The translations under genes were made by a program, and so were the position numbers. This document shows, one piece after another, positions 60,645 through 64,000 of a stretch of DNA of 64,000 nt (position 1 is the stretch's first letter; every line of letters begins with the position of its first letter). The stretch is from positions 896,001 through 960,000 of the forward strand of contig OZ253665.1 of the NCBI GenBank assembly GCA_965263295.1, read 5' to 3'. The notes under the pieces are model-generated. The model ran no database searches, had not been told where the DNA came from, and was given only the letters and a program-made list of their open reading frames with translations. The DNA is from Spirochaetia bacterium. Its GTDB lineage: Bacteria; Spirochaetota; Spirochaetia; SP-2023.

Positions 60645-62306
60645 CTAGCTGTTCACTAGCTGTTTTACTAAGGCGTTAAACTGTTCTCCACGCTCAAATT
60701 CATTCTGAAACATACCAAAAGAGGCGTAGCCCGGCGAAAGCAAGATGTATTGGCGGGCAAACTCTGCAGCCTGTGCGCGGGCCGTCGAGAAAGCCGCCGC
60801 AAAGGCTGCCTTTAAAGACTCAAAGCCACGCCCCGACGGCCCGGCGGCGTATGGCACGCCGGCCCGTTGCAACAGCGGCAACAAACTATCGGTGCCACTG
60901 CCAGCCAACAAAAACAAAGCGTAACGCCCCTGGTAACGGCCTAAAGCCGCCAACAAACCGCCAAGCTCCAAATTCTTATCCGTACCACCCGCGAGCAGCA
61001 GACAAAAACTTCCCCTAGCTTCCAGGCAGGAAGCCAGCCCCGCCGCCGCCGCGTCGGGCATCGTTGCCGTAGTATCATTGACAAACTGCAGCTCTCTGTT
61101 TGCGCCCAATGCCAGACGGCCACAGAGCTCCATGCGGAACGGCACACCGCGAAAACGGCGCAGCAGCTCGCCGCTGCGCCGGTCAAAGCTTTGCAAGCTG
61201 CAAAGACCCCGCCGCCGCAAAAAGCGATACGCCATGTAACAGGCGACACCGTAATTCTGGAAGCTGTGCTGCCCCAGCTGCAAACAGTCCTGACGACGCA
61301 GAAAAGGCCGGGCACGGCTTGAACCTTCCGCCGCTTCACGAATGAAGCAGCGATCACCCAGCCAATAGATACCCCGAAAACCTTTAGGCAGATTTGAGCC
61401 GGCAGCCATATAGTGCAAATGCCCTGAGTCGCGAATCTTCGACTCGCGCACGGCAAAATCTCCCCAGAACGAGGCCCCCAGATACATTTTGCTTGATGCT
61501 GCCGGCAAGAACAGTTCTCCATCTCCAGCCAGATTGGCGAAAATATAAAACTTGTCCATCACATAGTCCCAGAAACGGGCATAACGATTCTGGTGGTCGC
61601 GCAGAATATTGCTCAGGCAAGCCATTTGTGGGCGCAAAAAGACCCTGCCCCGGCTTTGCTCGACAGCCCGCAAGTCTCCCAATTGCCAGGATGAAAGCTC
61701 CAGCACCAATGGACTGTGCCCACTCAAGTCGATGGGGCTCTGCCCATTCAAGTCTATGGGGCTCTGCCCGCCGCCATTTGCCAAGGAACTCGCCAAGGAA
61801 CTCGCCAGGGCATAGGCCAACGGCGAACGGCCAATATTTCCCGCCAGCATGGCAGCGGGGAAGTACTGCCGCAAAATGTAGTGCAAGGCATACGAGATAC
61901 TGGACTTGCCTTTGGTTCCCGTCACAGCCAGCACCGGCACCTGTGGGTAGAGTTCCAAAAACAGGGCCAGGTCCGTCGTCCAACTGCGCGCCTTTCGCAG
62001 GCACGGCGAAGTGAGCGGCACCCCAGGGTTTTTTATGACCCAATCGGCCCGGCGGAAATCTTCATACTCGTGGCCCCCGAGGCGGAAACTGAGCCGCCCC
62101 TCAACGCCGTGCCGGCGCGCAAAGTCTTCTAGGGATTCAATGCTACTTTGCAGCTTATCTGCAGCATTTAAATCGGTGACGAGAACCTCGGCTCCCTGGG
62201 CCAGGCAGAACTGAGCACTGAGCAGGCCTCCACCATTCTGCCCCAGGCCCATAATCAGAATTTTGTTGCCAGAAAACATTGCCTGTCGTACCTCAGCCAT
62301 GCCCAT
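60645..62306 (-). CDS. murD: UDP-N-acetylmuramoyl-L-alanine:D-glutamate ligase
   Basis: MGLG..GGG, KNPGVP, TGTKGKS, GNIG, ELSSWQL, DHQNRY, NDTTAT, GGTDK, LSPGYASF.MF....RG. Confidence 0.92.
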   Translation of the reverse strand: MGMAEVRQAMFSGNKILIMGLGQNGGGLLSAQFCLAQGAEVLVTDLNAADKLQSSIESLEDFARRHGVEGRLSFRLGGHEYEDFRRADWVIKNPGVPLTSPCLRKARSWTTDLALFLELYPQVPVLAVTGTKGKSSISYALHYILRQYFPAAMLAGNIGRSPLAYALASSLASSLANGGGQSPIDLNGQSPIDLSGHSPLVLELSSWQLGDLRAVEQSRGRVFLRPQMACLSNILRDHQNRYARFWDYVMDKFYIFANLAGDGELFLPAASSKMYLGASFWGDFAVRESKIRDSGHLHYMAAGSNLPKGFRGIYWLGDRCFIREAAEGSSRARPFLRRQDCLQLGQHSFQNYGVACYMAYRFLRRRGLCSLQSFDRRSGELLRRFRGVPFRMELCGRLALGANRELQFVNDTTATMPDAAAAGLASCLEARGSFCLLLAGGTDKNLELGGLLAALGRYQGRYALFLLAGSGTDSLLPLLQRAGVPYAAGPSGRGFESLKAAFAAAFSTARAQAAEFARQYILLSPGYASFGMFQNEFERGEQFNALVKQLVNS

Positions 62307-62538
62307 TCAAGTTTGGATTGGAGTTTGAATTGAAGCTTAGATTGAAGCTTGCAACAAATAAAATTTTCACGTTTATTTTCCCCCCTACCCCAAAAAGTTT
62401 CTTGCCTTCTAAATTTTGCCTGCAGAGAAAATTGTCGTTATCCCAAATGATACAAGTCCCTACAAATTTCTTCAGGAAAACGAGAGAAAAGGTGGCTGAG
62501 CCGGCTACAATAGCTGCCACTGTTTTGGATGTCTGGCT

Positions 62539-63060
62539 TTAGACCCCAAAGAACGACGACAGCAAATATGGGCCAAACACCAAGACACCCTGCAGCACGG
62601 CATGGATCGCGCTCAGCAAGACAAAGGCCGCCGCGATATCCTTGGCCATCATCGCCAGATAATTGAACTTCTTTTCGTAGAGGTCAACCATGTATTCCAG
62701 AGCCGTATTTGCGAGCTCGGCGCCCAGAACCAGATAAATGGAGAACAAAATAGTACTCCAATCGGCGCGCTGGATGCCTAGGTACTTTCCCACAATCAAG
62801 GCACAAATGGCAAAGAACAACTCGACGCGAAAGTTGCGCTGCGTGCGAAAGGCGTAGTATAAACCGCGAAAAGCCCAGCGAAAACTGGCCAAGGGACTGT
62901 GCCGGTGGCGCCGGTCAATCTCGCGAAATTCCGCTTTGCCTTCAGATTCTAGATTTTTAGCCAGATCATGGTGATATTGATATGCCTTTGAAGGCAAGCT
63001 GTCTTTCTCCTTTTGTTCATTCGTCCTTTTGTGCCGCTGCATATTTGCTTGTGCCCTCAA
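62539..63060 (-). CDS. dgkA: Prokaryotic diacylglycerol/undecaprenol kinase (DgkA family)
   Basis: SF..AFRG, QRNFR, AELANTALE..VD, AKDIAAA.VL. Confidence 0.85.
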   Translation of the reverse strand: MRAQANMQRHKRTNEQKEKDSLPSKAYQYHHDLAKNLESEGKAEFREIDRRHRHSPLASFRWAFRGLYYAFRTQRNFRVELFFAICALIVGKYLGIQRADWSTILFSIYLVLGAELANTALEYMVDLYEKKFNYLAMMAKDIAAAFVLLSAIHAVLQGVLVFGPYLLSSFFGV

Positions 63061-63062
63061 AT

Positions 63063-63995
63063 CTAACGGTCGCCGATGTCAAAACTTTTGCCCAAAGCCC
63101 GTGGGGCGCGATTCCTGCGCGAGAACAATAAAATAGAAAGCAATGTAATCCCATACGGCAGCAGATTAAAAACTTCGGACGGCAGTCGACTCAGCCATTG
63201 CCACGAAATATTGGAACCATACACCGAAAGCGTCGTAGCCGCCCCAAAGACAAAGGCTGCGGCCAAAATGCCAAAGGGCTGCCACTTGCCAAACGCCACT
63301 GTCGCCAAGGCGATAAAACCCTGGCCGTTAATGCTGGTAGAAGCGTATTGTGTCGTCGTCGTCAAAATCAGATACGCCCCGCCCAAACTGGCCATGCCCC
63401 CCGAACACAACACGGCAAAATAACGCAGCTGACGGACGTTGAGCCCGGCTGTGGCCGCCGCCTTAGGGTTTTCCCCACAGGATGAAATCCGCAGGCCCAG
63501 TCGCGTAAAGCGAAACAAGAACCAGAAGAGCAGCACGGCCACTAGGCCCACGTAAGTAGAAGGATAAAACTCACCCCAATGAACCATACCCAAGGGGAAA
63601 GTCGGCGTGCGATCACTTTGGAAAATAATATGTGAGAGGTAAATAGTCAAGCCCAGAGCCAGAAAGTTCATACCGATTCCAACCACCGTCTGGTTGCCAT
63701 TAAATGACACACAAATCACGGCCAGCAGCAGTGAAAACAGAGTGCCAGCAACGATGGCCACAACGCTAATGAACACCCAGCTGCCCGCTTGCTCGCCCAA
63801 AAATGGCAGCGGGACCTTAGCAGTTAATAAAAGATACTGTAAAGTGCCGGCGGCAAAACCGCCAATGCCCATAATACCTTCCAGGGCAATATTAACTACC
63901 CCAGAACGTTCACAGATCATTCCCCCCAGGGCAGCCAGCAAAATAGGTACGGTGATGTACGAAGCCGTACTAATAAAAGCCAAAAACTCAGACAT
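63063..63995 (-). CDS. Nucleoside/simple-sugar ABC transporter permease (BMP-associated type)
   Basis: ERSGVVNIALEG, GENPKAA...G.NV, GQGFIALA, APRALG. Confidence 0.9.
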   Translation of the reverse strand: MSEFLAFISTASYITVPILLAALGGMICERSGVVNIALEGIMGIGGFAAGTLQYLLLTAKVPLPFLGEQAGSWVFISVVAIVAGTLFSLLLAVICVSFNGNQTVVGIGMNFLALGLTIYLSHIIFQSDRTPTFPLGMVHWGEFYPSTYVGLVAVLLFWFLFRFTRLGLRISSCGENPKAAATAGLNVRQLRYFAVLCSGGMASLGGAYLILTTTTQYASTSINGQGFIALATVAFGKWQPFGILAAAFVFGAATTLSVYGSNISWQWLSRLPSEVFNLLPYGITLLSILLFSRRNRAPRALGKSFDIGDR

Positions 63996-64000
63996 GGGAT

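Overview
Bacterial chromosome segment, most likely from a spirochaete (inferred from spirochaete-type lipoboxes such as FSC and from the hypothetical genes beside slt). The housekeeping backbone comprises mtnN, clpS-clpA, coaX, argD, ruvC, an M23 peptidase, a lytic transglycosylase, serA, rlpA, murD, a DgkA-family kinase, tRNA-Ala(CGC) and tRNA-fMet. Accessory blocks: (1) a family of dispersed intergenic elements built from four TTTCG boxes at about 10-bp period. One copy (2305-3933) is split by two cargo segments, a PD-(D/E)XK nuclease gene and an AT-rich ORF, and two clusters bracket an AT-rich lipoprotein with 40 SEDQ(P) repeats. (2) A glycan/glycopeptide locus with a PNGase-like transglutaminase, a carbohydrate ABC importer with a frameshifted binding protein, a GHL10-like protein and a CBM9-like protein. 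(3) A SitABCD-type Mn/Fe transporter. (4) An oligogalacturonide cluster after tRNA-Ala (two GH105 genes and ogl), interrupted by a compositionally mosaic transporter island carrying orphan type I-C-like CRISPR repeats and no cas genes. (5) A decayed IS5-family element. (6) A YidC-domain/LtaS-like phosphotransferase fusion plus a paralogue cut by the left window edge. All family calls come from motif recognition by eye; no database search was run.
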